DNA from: Lama guanicoe
Taxonomy: Eukaryota
Reading direction: 5' to 3'
DNA: 64,000 nucleotides
NCBI GenBank assembly: GCA_013239625.1
Contig: MU054400.1
Span: 4,155,802 to 4,219,801, forward strand
Position numbers and translations under genes: made by a program. The notes below the pieces were generated by a model, which worked only from the letters and a program-made list of their open reading frames with translations, ran no database searches and was not told the origin of the DNA. Shown here piece after piece: positions 37,501 to 50,726 of this stretch; position 1 is the first letter of the stretch, and each line of letters starts with the position of its first letter.

Positions 37501-39167
37501 ACGTTACCTACAGTTTATAAGGCTTGTTATGTCCTAGGAACTACTGCAGACATTTTCAGTCCTCACAGAAATTCCACACGTGAGGTGCTGTGATCTCTGG
37601 GAAGCAGCCCGTGGAGGTAGCATGGTTTCCCAAGGTTAATGTTTGTGGAGGGTAAGGTGGGGACCCCCTCGGTCCTGGGCGGTCCCATCTCAGACCCCAG
37701 GCTTAAAACCCCCAGTGTCTGGGCATCTGCTCTGACTCTGAGACTTTCCATGCTTCTTGGAAGAACTTAATATACCAATTTGGGTCATCTTGGATTTTTT
37801 TCTGAGCCCCCAGACACGGAAGTGGGGGTTCGGCTCTCAGGAGTCCATCCTTCGCTTGTCCTCTTCCTGCCCTGGGATGACGAAGTGGTGGCCACCGTCA
37901 CCAGATCGCAGAGGGGAGAGGGGGCCGCGGTGGCGGGGACGTGGCCTTGCACATTACTGAGTCGGTTTCCTCACCCAGGATTTGAAGAGCCTGTGGTGCT
38001 CACAGGTGACCTCAGGGTCTCTTCCAAATGTGACATCGGGTGCTCCACCCTCTTGGTGCCTGGCTTTTGCGTGGCCTCATATCTGAATTTAGAGAGACTC
38101 TGGCCACCCCACGGGCATTTTTTTCCCTTGGTTCAGACAACATCAGCCACATATACTGCATCTGAGGGGCGATTCCCGTGAGAAGACTGAAGTCCACAAC
38201 TTCCAATGGCCTAAAAGCGTTTTGACTTACAAAGCTTTTAAGCCAGTTGAAGTTAGTCTATCCCTGGAACCTCCCACCCTTCTTTGTACCCTAGCTTCAG
38301 GTCTCTTGGAGCCAGTAAATTAAGACCTTTGCCTTTGACATTTGGGCTGGGAAAAAGTGAAAACTGATCTAATAATCATTAGTTATGGTTTAATATGCGA
38401 GATTGGAGCCTTCTCGGTTTTCATCTGGAGCCTGGTGAGAAAAAGCCAAGAGGAAGGAGAGATTGATGGGAGAGCGTAAAGCCCTGAAATATTCCCATGC
38501 CAAGAGAAGTAAGTGATCTCAGGCACCTTCTTATATCATGTGAAGAGCCCATGGCAGCCCTAGAGAAACAGAGAAGCCCCGGGAGGGTGGTGGGTAAAAG
38601 AGTTTTCTTTGATTGCTGTCTGAGGCCAGGCACGCTGGCCCGTGACTCACCGCCTGTTCACTTTGTAAAGACTGTGGTCTCAGGCCAGTCCCCCTCTTCA
38701 GGCTCCGAGAGAGAGGGGCTGGGTTCAGACACCCGGCTCTGGGTAAACAGCAGCTTGTTTTGGTAACACTAGAGACGTATTTACTTTTCACTTAATGAAG
38801 GGGAGTGATGTCTTGGATAAGACACGACCTGACACAAACTATAAATACGAAGACCAAACATCACAGGGCAAACTCTTTCCAAAAATTTCCAATTTGTTAC
38901 TGTGTAAAACCAGTGTTGGTGGTTTTGGTTGCTGTGGGGATATTTCATTAACTTTCTGAAGGGAAAACACTATGGAATGGAGAGGCAAAGCCCTGCATGT
39001 GTGTGTGTGTGTGTGTGTTTTGTGTACAGCACAGCTGTAATTTGACATAATCGTGTAGAATCAGCCTATTTTTCACTGGTGGAAAATTCAGTCTGTCCCA
39101 GAAAGTTGAGGGGGAGGGGTGACTCTGTGAATAAATAGATTGAGAAAGAAAGTGCTAAATAATTATT

Positions 39168-39317
39168 TTTGGGGGGCAGGATTAATAGTTTTTTAAAATG
39201 TTTCATTGAAGTACAATTGATTTACAGTGTTAGTTCCAGGTGGACAGTAAAGTGATTCAGTTATATGTATACATCCATATATATATTTTTTCTTTTCAGA
39301 TTCTTTTCCATTATATG
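39168..39317 (-). mobile_element. Very short L1 3' end
   Basis: ttgaagtacaattgatttacagtg...gtgattcagttata...cagattcttttccattata; TSD taaataatt (39156-39164, 39318-39326). Confidence 0.7.
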
Positions 39318-39689
39318 TAAATAATTCTTGAAGTATCACTCTGTCTTAGGAAGAATGAAGATTAGGAGAGAAAAAAAAGCCAGTACAGGAGAGAAAAAAC
39401 AGATGGCGCCTTGCTAAGATTGGTCTGGCACCTCTTTGTCTCCCAATAGGGCTTAAACTGTGGATGTGGGGTTCAGGCTGAGCAGGGAGCAAGCGACAGC
39501 GGATGCCCGGTGATGCCAGGGGGAAGGTCGGGGATCAGATGCTGCCCTGCCAGGAACACGCATCAGAGGCTGGTGGGGATGGTCAGCCAAATGCCTGCTC
39601 TTATCCATCATGAGTGAGACGGCCAGAACCCAAGGATAGGAATTTTAGCTGAATGATTAAGTGTAAGGAAATAGGGATAGAACCAGACG

Positions 39690-39829
39690 GGGCAAGCAGG
39701 GCTCAGCACAGAGTGCCAAGAATAGGACCCGAAATTTTTCATGAATGATTTTCAAGGACTGGCTCAAGTTTAAAGGCTTCTCTCTACTGTCCTCATTGTC
39801 TCTTCAAGTTTTCTGAACCGTTCATCAAC
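39690..39829 (-). pseudogene. Decayed exon VDERFRKLEETMRTVERSL/LNLSQSLKIIHEKF (coiled-coil-like); 3' end uncertain
   Basis: Strong acceptor ttcctttgtctctacag|GTT, phase 0, matching the 44735 donor; restoring one base at CTT-TAA continues an amphipathic helix. Confidence 0.6.
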
Positions 39830-40257
39830 CTGTAGAGACAAAGGAACCAGAGACCACGCCAGGCGCTGGCAGCCCACCAGCCCAGCCAGGGGCTTTCGAA
39901 GCGGCTCAGCCTCTGGGGGCTTGTGCAGGTTTGAAGGTAGTTTTGAGTCATTTGCCCGGAAGCAAGCTGTTTCGCTGCGGTTCTCACAGGGTAAGAACAA
40001 GGGTGTAGCATCTGAAATGTGAGGTTTCATTTGAAATTGTGATTTCATTCATATGAATAAGAGATTAAATTATGATATTTAAAAAGCAGTTAACATTTCC
40101 CTAAATACTAAGGAGTTCACTGGCAAACTTAGTGGTAAATAAAAATGTGTGGTCACCGAAGACAAGGCATTCTACATGCAGTCTCAGAGGTGCTACAAGT
40201 GAAGCCATTATGGACCTTTTTATGTTAATGTGATGTTCTGGGAGTACACAGATGGGA

Positions 40258-40435
40258 AGGCTTGATGTAGGGTTTTCAACCTGAACAGGCATCAGAAGCA
40301 CCTAGAAGACACAGATACCTGGGTTCCAGCTCCAGACTTGCTGATTCAGTCAGAAGTCCTGCAGAGGGGCTTCTAAAGAGTTCCCGGGTGATGGTGCTAC
40401 TGCTGGTCCCAGGACTACGCTTTGGGAACCACTGG
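40258..40435. mobile_element. MER5A-like hAT-Charlie element
   Basis: gcatcagaagcacctagaag...ctgattcagt...ggtgatggtgctactgctggtcccaggactacgctttgggaaccactg. Confidence 0.7.
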
Positions 40436-40843
40436 CTTCATGCACTTAGAATCAAGATACATACATCGAATACATGGATATTTACCCACGTCTGTGCCTG
40501 TGTTCTGGCAGGAAGTGGGATGGTCTCACTGAGCTGAGCAGAGATCAATGCTGGCGGTGAGAACCCATGTGTTTTAGATTCCCGGGACGTGCTGCTGGCT
40601 GAAATGAACTTGGCATTGAGGACAGGAGCACGAGAGATTCAGACAGAATGCTAGTGCGGAAGGGAGCTGGGAGAAAGCTTGACGATCCCACATAGACACT
40701 GAGTGAGGGCTTTGAATTCCAGTTACCGCTGCGACACTAGCTACTTTGAAAACTTAGCAAGTTCACTTAAACCGGGTGAATCTCAGTTTCCTCCCCTGTC
40801 CAACTGAGATTCTTACGGAACTTGTGTTTCAGTCATAGTTCTT

Positions 40844-41277
40844 TTTTTTTTTTTAACTTAGTTTAATTTTTTAAATTGAAGTGCAGTAGATTTACAACGT
40901 TGTGTTAGTTTCTGGTGTACAGCATAGTGATTCAGTTATACATATATATTCTTTTTCATTATAGGTTATTACAAGACATTGAGTATAGTTCCCTGTGCTG
41001 TACCGTAGGATCTTGCTGTTTATCTATTTTATATACAGTAGCTTGTGTCTGCTAATCCCATGCTCCCAATTTATCCCTTCCCTACGCCCTGCCCCCTTTG
41101 GTAACCATCAGTTTGTTTTCTATGTCTGTGAGTCTGTTTCTGTTTTATAAATACGTTCATATGTATCATTTTTCAGATTCCACATAGAAGTGATAGCACA
41201 TGATACTTGTCTTTCTCTGTCTGGCTGACTTCACTTAGTATGACCATCTCTAGGTCCATCCATGTTGCTGCAAATGG
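40844..41277 (-). mobile_element. 5'-truncated L1 3' end
   Basis: Poly(T), reverse L1 3'UTR motifs; TSD cagtcatagttctt (40830-40843) / cagtcacaattctt (41278-41291). Confidence 0.9.
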
Positions 41278-41379
41278 CAGTCACAATTCTTAGTTCCATT
41301 CAACTGAAGTCCGTCCTGGCTGAATGAAACAGAAAAAGGCATTATTACCAGGATATTGGGTGTTGGAGCAAAAATGAAC

Positions 41380-41900
41380 TGTTCCACCAACCAATCAATG
41401 TTACGAAAAAAAGCATAAGAACGCTGCTGTTGAATGAAAGAGCAGACATAAGAGGCATGACAACCAAATGCACCTGGCGGGCTTTGTTTGGGTCCTGGCT
41501 CAAGCAAAACGACCTGAAAAAGGCAACTGGGGAAATTACACCACCGCTGGGTTATGAGAGGACAGGAAGGAGTCACAGTGAATTTTGTTAGGTGTGCTGC
41601 TGCCCTGAAGGTTATGATTCTTCCAGAAGTCTTAACAAAGGCTGATATTCTAAGGTATTTACAAGTGAAATAACGTAATATCTGAGATTTGCATTGGAAA
41701 AAAAAAAACTCCAGGGAAAGAAGTCATGGGGTAGAGAGGAAGCAGAGGAATGTAGAAGAAACAGAACTGGCAAAATGCTAGCTATTGCTATGAACACATG
41801 AGGGATTCATTTTACTGTTCACGTGTAAGTGTGTGTGTGTGTGTGCGCACGCATGCACACGCATGTGTGCTTAAAATCCTCTATAATAAAATGTTAAAGC
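41380..41900 (+). mobile_element. L1MC4-like 3' fragment
   Basis: agacataagaggcatgacaaccaaatgca...gtatttacaagtgaaat...ggcaaaatgct...ataataaaatgttaaa. Confidence 0.6.
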
Positions 41901-44734
41901 GAAACAGAAATCAGATGCTCCGTGAGGGCTGGAGAACAAGGCTCAGCCTGTCTGAACAAAGAAGACTCTACCTCCCAAAGGAGAGCAGGTTTCGACAGGG
42001 ACACTGCTGTCATTGTCACCAAGCCCTGGATACTGGAGCAGGCACTGCCAGCAAGAGAGGCTGGGAGAATGACTGTCTGGCATTTTCAAAACCATGGGTT
42101 TTGAAAGCTGTAGGATAGGAGAATTTTATACTCAAAATCTGAAGACTCTCTGTGGGGCAAATAAGGTTACGATTACTAAAGTTATGAATAAACATACGCA
42201 AAGCTTTATAATACGCCTGTGTTTACTAAAATAAAACAAGGAAGACAGAAGAGTTTCAAGATCTCAATCCTCAACAGTTTTAAGCATACTTTAAAATTTT
42301 TATTTTATTTTTTTGCAGATAAAAATGTTTGCTAAGAGGCACTTTAGTTTTTTCAGTGTGTCCCTCCACCCAAATGTCCACAGTTTGTGTGATTTAAGAC
42401 TCAGAATGATGGAAAATATTCACCTTTTGGACCACTCTATTTGTCTAGAAACTTGAATACTTAAGATTTTTTTTAAAAAATATTAACCTGAATTTGATTT
42501 ACTCAGTTTACCATATCAGAACTGATGTTTCACAATTATCTGATCTCCAATACCTGGTTACAAAACTTTAAATGAGTTCTACTTTAAACTTTTCGTCTTC
42601 CCCTGTGAAAATTCTGCTCCTGAAGCTCTTTATGAGCCTTGGAATACTGTGCTGTGTGTTTTAACAAAGGACAATGTTCATCATCATTTGTAACCTTAGA
42701 GTTTTAAGTTGCATGAAATTTCAGCAGGAGAGATTTTTGGCCAGTTGTTCTGCAAAGGCTCTCAAGTAACACTGCGTAAGTAGCTGTAGGATACATAATG
42801 GACCAAAGGCGGAAGGCACGTTGCACACTGCATTATGTTCTGATGGGGCAGCCGGGTAGGTTATGGAAGGCATCTGAAGGCTCGGTACATAGTGAAGAGG
42901 AGGATGCGACAGGAGTCCTTCATCCCCACTTCACCGAGGAGGGCACTGGAAGCTGGCAAGTTTGAGTGATGTGCCCGAGGTCACATGCCTGGGTCACATC
43001 CCCAACCAACAGAGGACCCAGGACTGAAACACAGCAGCCTAGCTCCAGAGACCCTTAAAAGAAAGTAGTGCTAGTTAGGGTGTGGAAAAATGAGCCTCAA
43101 AGCATTATTGACGGGGACAAGGGGACTGTAAACTGATTTATCTCTCTGGAAGACAATTTATCAATCTGTGACAGTGAGAATGCCTTTTGATCCCAAACGT
43201 CACTTTTGAGAATTTATGCCTATCAAATTATCAGGGATGAGGCTCAAAGGTGTATAAATAAAATTATTCATTATAGCATTGTTTAGAATTTTAAAAACTT
43301 GGAACCTCGAATGTTCAGTAATCATAATCCAATAAAACTAATTAATGTCACAACAGATAAAGTCATATAAAAATGCTTAATAGCTTAAAAATCTTTTCAT
43401 TTTATTTTATTAAGAGAAGAAAAAAGTATAACAGAATAATAGGAACAGCATGATCAATCTTGATTTTTTTTTAAATTATGTGGCACCTCTACTCTGCCTT
43501 TATTAGGTAATTACTTAAAAAAAAAAAAAGGACGGGGCGGATGCGTGGTTCAGAAAAACAATCAGCCAGACTGGGTGGCAGAAATGAGTGAGGCTAGGTG
43601 AGCTGCCGAAGGTGTCTTCCTAGATTCAACGGGTAAACTTCAAATTTAAACAAGTGGAAAATAATTATCTTCTGGCTTTTATTATTCTTCCCTAAAAATA
43701 CAAATGCTAAAATCAACGTACTCCATGTTCAAAACAGTATCGGTGAGAGTTTGCAACAGGGGCCATTATCCCAAAAGTCATGTTGATTAAATTCGTATTT
43801 CTCAATCTTTCTAAGTAAAAAATTAATTAATTAATTAATTAAATGCTTTATGACTAAGAATAATACACTTGTTTAGATGTTTCTCAAAACTATGTTTCTA
43901 GTAAACGCATTCATTAATAAAGAACCAGGCACTGAGATGAATAATAACTAGTTCTAGGCAATATGTCCATTTTGATAACTTCAGGCAACTTTGATTTTTG
44001 TCACTTCTTGGATAAGAACCTTAATTATATTCTCTGGCTTATTTGAACCAATTCAACTGAGTGAACAGGAAAAGAAAAACCAAAATGATTGTGTCTTCAC
44101 TCCAGGAAGCATGTCTGCTTGTTCCTAACGAGGCCACCGTCGCATGTTGGTACCAGGAGCCAGGGAAGCCCTCCCTGGTTGGGCTCTGGTTGCATCTCAG
44201 GCTGGCCCTGTTCACCTGCAGACACGGGTGCACCTGCCACCATCCCACCCCTCACACAAACTCACCCGTACAGGTATAGCTGCCAGGGGTCCGAGCCCCA
44301 GCACACGCTGCGTCTTACCACACTGCAGAGGGCTTGCTGGCCGCACAGAGTGCATGCAGTAGGCGGTGTGATCAGTCCTTGCTGTCCGCTTCCTTCGCCT
44401 GGGTACACCGTTGAAAGCAGGCTTAGCACGTGATTTGTGTTGGCCAAAGACATGTGAGCGCAAGTTACACGTGTCATATCAGGAGAGAAGTTTTGCGGGT
44501 CATTCCAAGCCTTGTCACAGTCTGTTTCCCTCTGCCCTGGGCCCAGGTAGTGACTGGTATGTGGCCCTGGGTTCTCTTAGAGGGGACAGAGGTCAGGGGC
44601 GGGCAGAGTGCTCAGCCAGTGCCCACGGCGAGCACTGCCAGCAAGACACAAAGCTCCCATGGGTTTTGGGCGGCGTGACTAAGGCTATGCCGACCGGGAT
44701 GTTGGACCAGGGGAGGGAAAATTGGGGTACTCAC

Positions 44735-45117
44735 CAAGGTGCTGCTTCTGCTAAGGGATGCCGGGGTAATAATCTGGTTCCCAGGTCTCTGAGTCCCAGC
44801 CTGTGCATGGACACTTAAACCAAGCCTCTCACGGTGACCTTTTGTTGAGATGGTCCCTGTCCCTCTCCTCTCAGTCCCCATTAAAGCCCCACCCACCTCT
44901 CTGCCCTCATCACCTACCCACGTGCCCGCTCCCTCCTTCAACCTGGGAAACTCTTAGAAGTCCCGGGTGAGGCAGGAATCTCTGCTCATAGTCGTCTTTT
45001 CCCCGAGCAACTTCTCTTCACTGGAGTCCTCCGTATTCCCCTCAGGGATCAGGATTTTGGAAGCCAAAGCCAGGAAAACAACCTTTGTTCTCTGCTTCAG
45101 TGCGGCCATGTCTCTTC
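44735..45117 (-). pseudogene. Decayed 383-bp exon (G)RDMAALKQRTK...DSCLTRDF*EFPRLKEG...PASLSRSSTL
   Basis: Acceptor ctcactgcctccag| (phase 1), donor TTG|gtgagt (phase 0); ORF-track entries 44954-45241 and 44612-44941 share one frame broken by a single TAA at 44954-44956. Confidence 0.65.
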
Positions 45118-47713
45118 CTGGAGGCAGTGAGCACACAGCTGTAACTGAGCTATTTGAACAGAGGACAGATAACGCCTTGCTAACTATGTCACAGTTATGA
45201 CGCCGCCGCTGACTTCTGAAACTTCTTGTTTGGAATAACACCTATGGCCCATTACATAAGGCAGCCTTCATTGTGACACGCCTCTCTCCTTTGACATTGA
45301 TTTTTGTCAATAAGTCCTTCTAATGCCGACCTTCTCAGGCTAAATTTAGTGGAAAAAGGGAGTGACTCTGATGGGACAGAAAACTACCAGTCAAAAAATA
45401 AATCAAAATAGGGTAAGTCGTATTTCTTGAATGCTCGGTGAATTCCTTACAATGATGAGTTCATTTAAAAAAAACCAACACTTTACTAAAAAACAGCTTA
45501 TTTTTGCTGCATACCTTCTGCCCTTTGAGACATTCGTAAATACAGCAACATAGAGGCAAACACCACGATATGAGCAAATAGTACAGTGACAGAGGAACAG
45601 CTCAGAAGAATGGAAGCTCCCTGAGGGCAGTGTCACACCTGCTGGCTCACCGTTACCCCGCCGGCACAGTGGCCAGCACAAGGGATGCGCTCCCTGAACT
45701 GCTGTCCAGTGAACACATCCATGAGGACCTTGAGGATGTGAGTGGCAGGGGAGGGCACTTCTGGCTGGACTCCCCAGTGAGTTTCTTGTAAGAGTGTGGA
45801 TTCCAGCTGATCTTTCAAGAAGGGATAAGAAAACAGATCAAAGTTGACTCCATCTCTTCCTCACCCCTTCATGAGTTTATTAAACACGGCAATTGTCACA
45901 CGTTTCTAGTTTACTTATGCACACGTGTCTGCAGTCAAAATAGGAGCCCGATTAGGTCAGATTTCTAAAGATGATCCCGCGTGAACTTCGCTTTGCACGT
46001 GTCCACTCTTTGTCCCCTTAGTCTGCTGGAATCACCACCACATAAGGCTGTTTTGATGTCAGATTGAGCAAAGCGCTGAATTCATTTTGTGTTTTAGTTT
46101 TGGGTCAGTTGACTGACAACAATTTTGGGAAGCATCCTTTATGGCCAACGAGGTGCTTTGATTTGCTTAAATCACATACATGTAAAAGTTTTATAAAATA
46201 AACCCATTTGGGACTTTTCAGGGACAACAGAAACATAATGTAACGTGGGGGTGGGTGTGCACGTATGTACGCATGCCTGCAAGATGATGAACCCTAGCTG
46301 TTTTAGAAAAAATTTGTTTTAATTTGCTCTCTGAAGTGGTTAGCCAAGCTACAACTTCCTTTTCTTCTCTTTTGCAACGCTTTGCGAGAAGGACCACATG
46401 ACCATCCATTTTGCTTTTTCATTCAGTATTTTTTTTTTTTGCATGACCCCTTGGAGCTCAGTTTTGTTTTAAGTCTAACACAGTATTGGGCATGTTTTAG
46501 AAGATGCCATCATGGGTAATCAGCAAGCAGAATTTAGTGCAACTCTGGGTCTATATTTTCTTCATGGGGTGATAGAAATTTCACCAACTCTGAGCATCGC
46601 TGACAATTTGGCCTCACACTTGCATCACTTGTCACATGATACTTTAAATAATCTTCCAAATGTCAGCTGTAATGTTATCTCTCCCTGCTAAGACAATGGA
46701 TGGGCCTAAAATTAGCTGGCAAAAGACAGCTGGGTTGAGCAGGCGTTCTTCAAGGAAGATGCCGGAGAATCTTGATTAATACTGTCATTCCCTCTGGAAT
46801 TAATTTTCAGGTCTCCCATCAGGTGTGTTGATGGAAAGCGGTCATACAGTTCTAGTAATTGCCTCGGATTCCTGCGCTGTCCTTCATCAGGGCCTCTAAT
46901 GAAGTCTGAGTTGTAGCCCCGGGTTGATGTCAGACTGGAATGCAGGGAGGCTGAAAGCTGACACCAGTTCAGCAGAGCAAAGGGCCCTGGCTAAGGTTGT
47001 CTCCATGACAACCTGAGGATTTTCCTGGTGATGCATTTACACAGCAGGGTTAAAGTTCTGTGAAAGCAACAGCTGTTGTAAAAACAGTATATTAAATATG
47101 TTTAGGACTGTAAAATGTGCATTCTTCTCTGCGGCATTCCATCTGGGGAAATTCTGAAAATGCAAAATGTATTTTAAACAGAACCACTACACGGCAGGAT
47201 ATTTCTTTTGTCAAATCTCTATTTGATTCTTATTTTTGAAAGGAAGTATGAGAAAATTTTTGATGATCTTTTTTTCCTGGCGTTTATTTCTTTTAAAATT
47301 TTCTTTTCATATCCAGCTATCCAACCTACAACCCTGACTCCTTTGTACTGAACAGTATGTCTGCAGGAAGTCCCTTGGCAAATCATTTGGGGGAGGGCAA
47401 GGAATATATGAGCCTTGTAACCGAAATCATTTGTCATGCTTCTTATTTGAGTTTGTTCTTTTCTACTCACAGCCTTTTAGTTTTTCATGCTAACTGATTA
47501 TTCTGACAGGTATTTGAAAAATGAAACAAAGAATTTTCCAAACAGTCACCCAAATATATTGATTTTTTAAATAGAAAACTCTTTGTTTGTTTGCTTTTTG
47601 CAAACCCTGTGCCCCTAGGTTGATGAAGCTGATGGTACACAGATTTGCAAGAGGTAGACGGACCTTAATTCACCATTCTGCAAGTCAGTGAGCAACCCTC
47701 TGGCATTCTGAAC

Positions 47714-47806
47714 ATGGTGACCAACTATCTGCGTGTGTCCTGGACGTTGGAATTTCACTGCTAAAACCAAGGAAGTTTTGACAAACCAGGACAAGCTGGT
47801 CATCCT
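47714..47806. mobile_element. MER81-like hAT-Blackjack MITE
   Basis: Inverted termini ggtgaccaac...gctggtcatccta. Confidence 0.55.
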
Positions 47807-48717
47807 AGCACTCAGAAACGTTGGCCAGTATCTGTTAATATGCCAGGCTCTGTATAAGGGGGTGGGATCCAAAGTCAAACAGTCCTTGGTCTGGTCCCAT
47901 TTCCTTTGGTAATTTAGCGGAAAAATGTAGTCAGTTTTGGCTCTCTGCCTGAGTGTGTGCATATCTATAATAAAAGGTGATAAAAGTGCACCTTCCTTTA
48001 TGGGGGTGTTGTGAGCCAAGGCACTCTCAGGTAAGTAGATGGTGGGACGCCTGTCTGAGCCAGGCTGCCATCTTGGTTGGGTTGAAGTGGGCATCTGCCA
48101 ACCACCTCCTGAGTGCCTCTGTCTCTAGGCCGGGAGAGGCCAGCATGGGCCAGACAATCCTGTTCACAAGGTACCCCTCCTGGGGCCTGGAGATGGAGCA
48201 TGCAAGAGTCCATTCATCCTGGCCAAATCACAACAGAGCCAGTGAAGCCAATTATGTGGCATTTCACTCTTGCTTCTTTCCGTTCAGGGATAGAGCAGAG
48301 AAAAATAAAATGTATTTAAGTCTGTGGACTCTCCAGCCACAGAGAATATTTGCTGTGAATATTTTTTTTTCCAAATCAAGTGAACCAAGAGGTACCAGTT
48401 GCGTGGCTCCTCAGTCTAACATGGGTGGCTCTGGAAAACTCAAGGATCCATTCTCCCTTTCCTTGAAAACAAACACCATAGAATTGGTGTACTCCCTCTG
48501 TTTATGAACAGGGAAAAGAAGCATCTAGCAAAACTTCTAGAAAGACATCTCAGAAATAAACATGGCAGCCAAAGGAACACACACCTTCTATTGTGCACTG
48601 TCCACCAGGATTTCAAGATGCAAATCTCCCAGGCTGGCTGAGTTCTCCAGCAGAGTGTTTCAGTGGTGGAAATGGAATCCTCCAGTCAACCACACAGAGT
48701 AGGAACTCCATGCTTGA

Positions 48718-48860
48718 GTATTCATTCATTCATTCATTCATTCATTCCCCAGCTAGTTACTGAATGCCTCCTACATGTCAAGCCCTGATCTACATTCTGA
48801 GAAAAGAGCAGTGGGGAAAATAAAGAACTCAAAAAGCAAGACAAAGACTCTTGCCCTCAT
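48718..48860 (-). mobile_element. L2 3' end with (TTCA)n tail
   Basis: ttcattcattcattc...tactgaatgcctcctacatgtcaagccctg...cttgccctcatg. Confidence 0.65.
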
Positions 48861-49207
48861 GCAAGAGAGAGAGTGAATTAAAACTCCATCAATACACACG
48901 CTCATAAATATTTTCTCATAAATAAACTCTTTACAACAGGAGCATTATAACTTCCTCATTTCAAACAACTTTTCCAGGTAAGTTTAGAGGTCAGAGTGTC
49001 TTCTCAAATTCTAAATTATAGTATCTTGATTAATACTCTAGATAGGTGTTTATTTTCCAGACAGTCATGATTTGCATAATATGAAAGGAAAACTGGCAGG
49101 TAGGTAGGAAGCACGGGTCTATGAAAATTGTCTACAGTTAGTATTCCTGTGAGCACAATGCAGTGCTTGCGACAGTCAAGATCCTTAGAGAAGAAGTTAA
49201 AACTCAC

Positions 49208-50726
49208 CTGTATTCTTAGCTGAATGAGCTCATCAGAGCAAGTTGACAAACTCAGCAACTGAAGTGCACTGTAGAATTTTTGAACAGAGATTTTTCAGGG
49301 AAATTTGGCCTGATGTGATCACCTCTCCTTGAAGGTGGCTGAGATGGACTGCTTTGCAGAAAGAAGTTCCACCCGCTAGTCTGGGGCTAGATTGAGCAGA
49401 CAGTGCCTGAGAGTCACCGAACTGATGGTTTTGAAGACCTTCCAGTCTTAATGAACATAATCGTCCCAAAGAAGGTGTAGAATCTTCACTTTTCACTCAC
49501 TTGAATCTCATGTCCCATGGTTGTGCTAAGCACTGACTATAGACTTCTCAGGGTAATTTTTTCTTGTTGCTGTTTTGGTTTGGGATTTTTTTTGTTTGTT
49601 TTTTGCTTGAAGGCTTCCATGTCTTTAAATCGAGTATCCTAAATCGACACAAATAATATCTGATTTTCCAGTCAAATAATTTTTCCATATATTTTGGTAG
49701 CTTTCTAAAAAGATTGGCCAGAAACTGGAGCCCAACGAAAGCATTAATTTACATGAATAAACTAACAGATCCTGAGGATAAGTGACTATATTTAATACCA
49801 GATCCTCTGAATGAAATCTACCACAATGCTTTGTTCATGATAAGTGCTGTGTCTTGGAATACGCATAGGAACAAAGATAGGGTGTAATTGTAATAGGCCC
49901 TAGGCTCCACATTCAATACTGTGAAGTATTTTTAAGAAGGTGCTCTCATTTGTAGCATCGGTAGGTGGAAATATTTTCCTTATTTTGTAACAAAGCTCTG
50001 TCGTCAAGAGAATTTTACTCGAAGTTATTTCGTAGACAAAAAAGAAAGATTACACTTTTGTTCTTTCTGAACTAGAAGAAGCTGTTTTCAGAAGAACTAC
50101 ATCTACTATATTCCCGGTGAGATGATGACATAACAAATACAAAAATAAAAATAAAAAAATTTTTGACTCTTAAAAAGTAAAATCGTTTTCAGAGGACAGC
50201 CTTGAAATTGAACCTATTAAGCACTTGCCAAAACATCTTCTCCTGGACCATCTGCTTCCAAACATGCCATAATTCTTAAACATCGGGAAAGCCTCGATGA
50301 TTTCCATGTATAGCTAATGTTGCTAGAGAGAGAGGTCTAGGGCAAGCAGAAAGGGCTTTGCTCTGTGGCTTTATTTTCAGAGGTTTGGTTTGGATTTGCA
50401 AGCCACTCTTAGAAGGTAGAAATAAATATTTGTAAAACCCAGTAAGGATGAAAATGAAGTCTTAGATTGAAAAACCCACGTCCTAGAACTACCCTGCTGG
50501 ACCAGCTCTATATGGAAAAGTGCCCCCAGAGGTGACGTCTAGAACTGCATGCAGTGGGAACATCTGAACAGACTGCTGGGACACTTTGGACCCGTAACCA
50601 GGAGCTTCTCAAACTGGCTTTCTTGTTAGTTCATATGCTGTGTTTCTTTTGGAACATTCTCCATCTTCTCTAAGAGTCCATTTTCTCATTTGGAGATGAA
50701 CTCTGTTTCTTTTCAGCAATCCTCTT
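49208..50726 (-). pseudogene. Decayed large (~1.5 kb) exon: (E)EDC*KETEFISK*ENGLLEKMENVPKETQHMN*QESQFEK...KILQCTSVAEFVNLL**AHSAKNT(G)
   Basis: Acceptor cctgcctgtgtag| at 50727, donor CAG|gtgagt at 49208 (phase 1, matching 45117); no interspersed repeats seen; multiple stops and a net frameshift; could be two exons. Confidence 0.55.
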
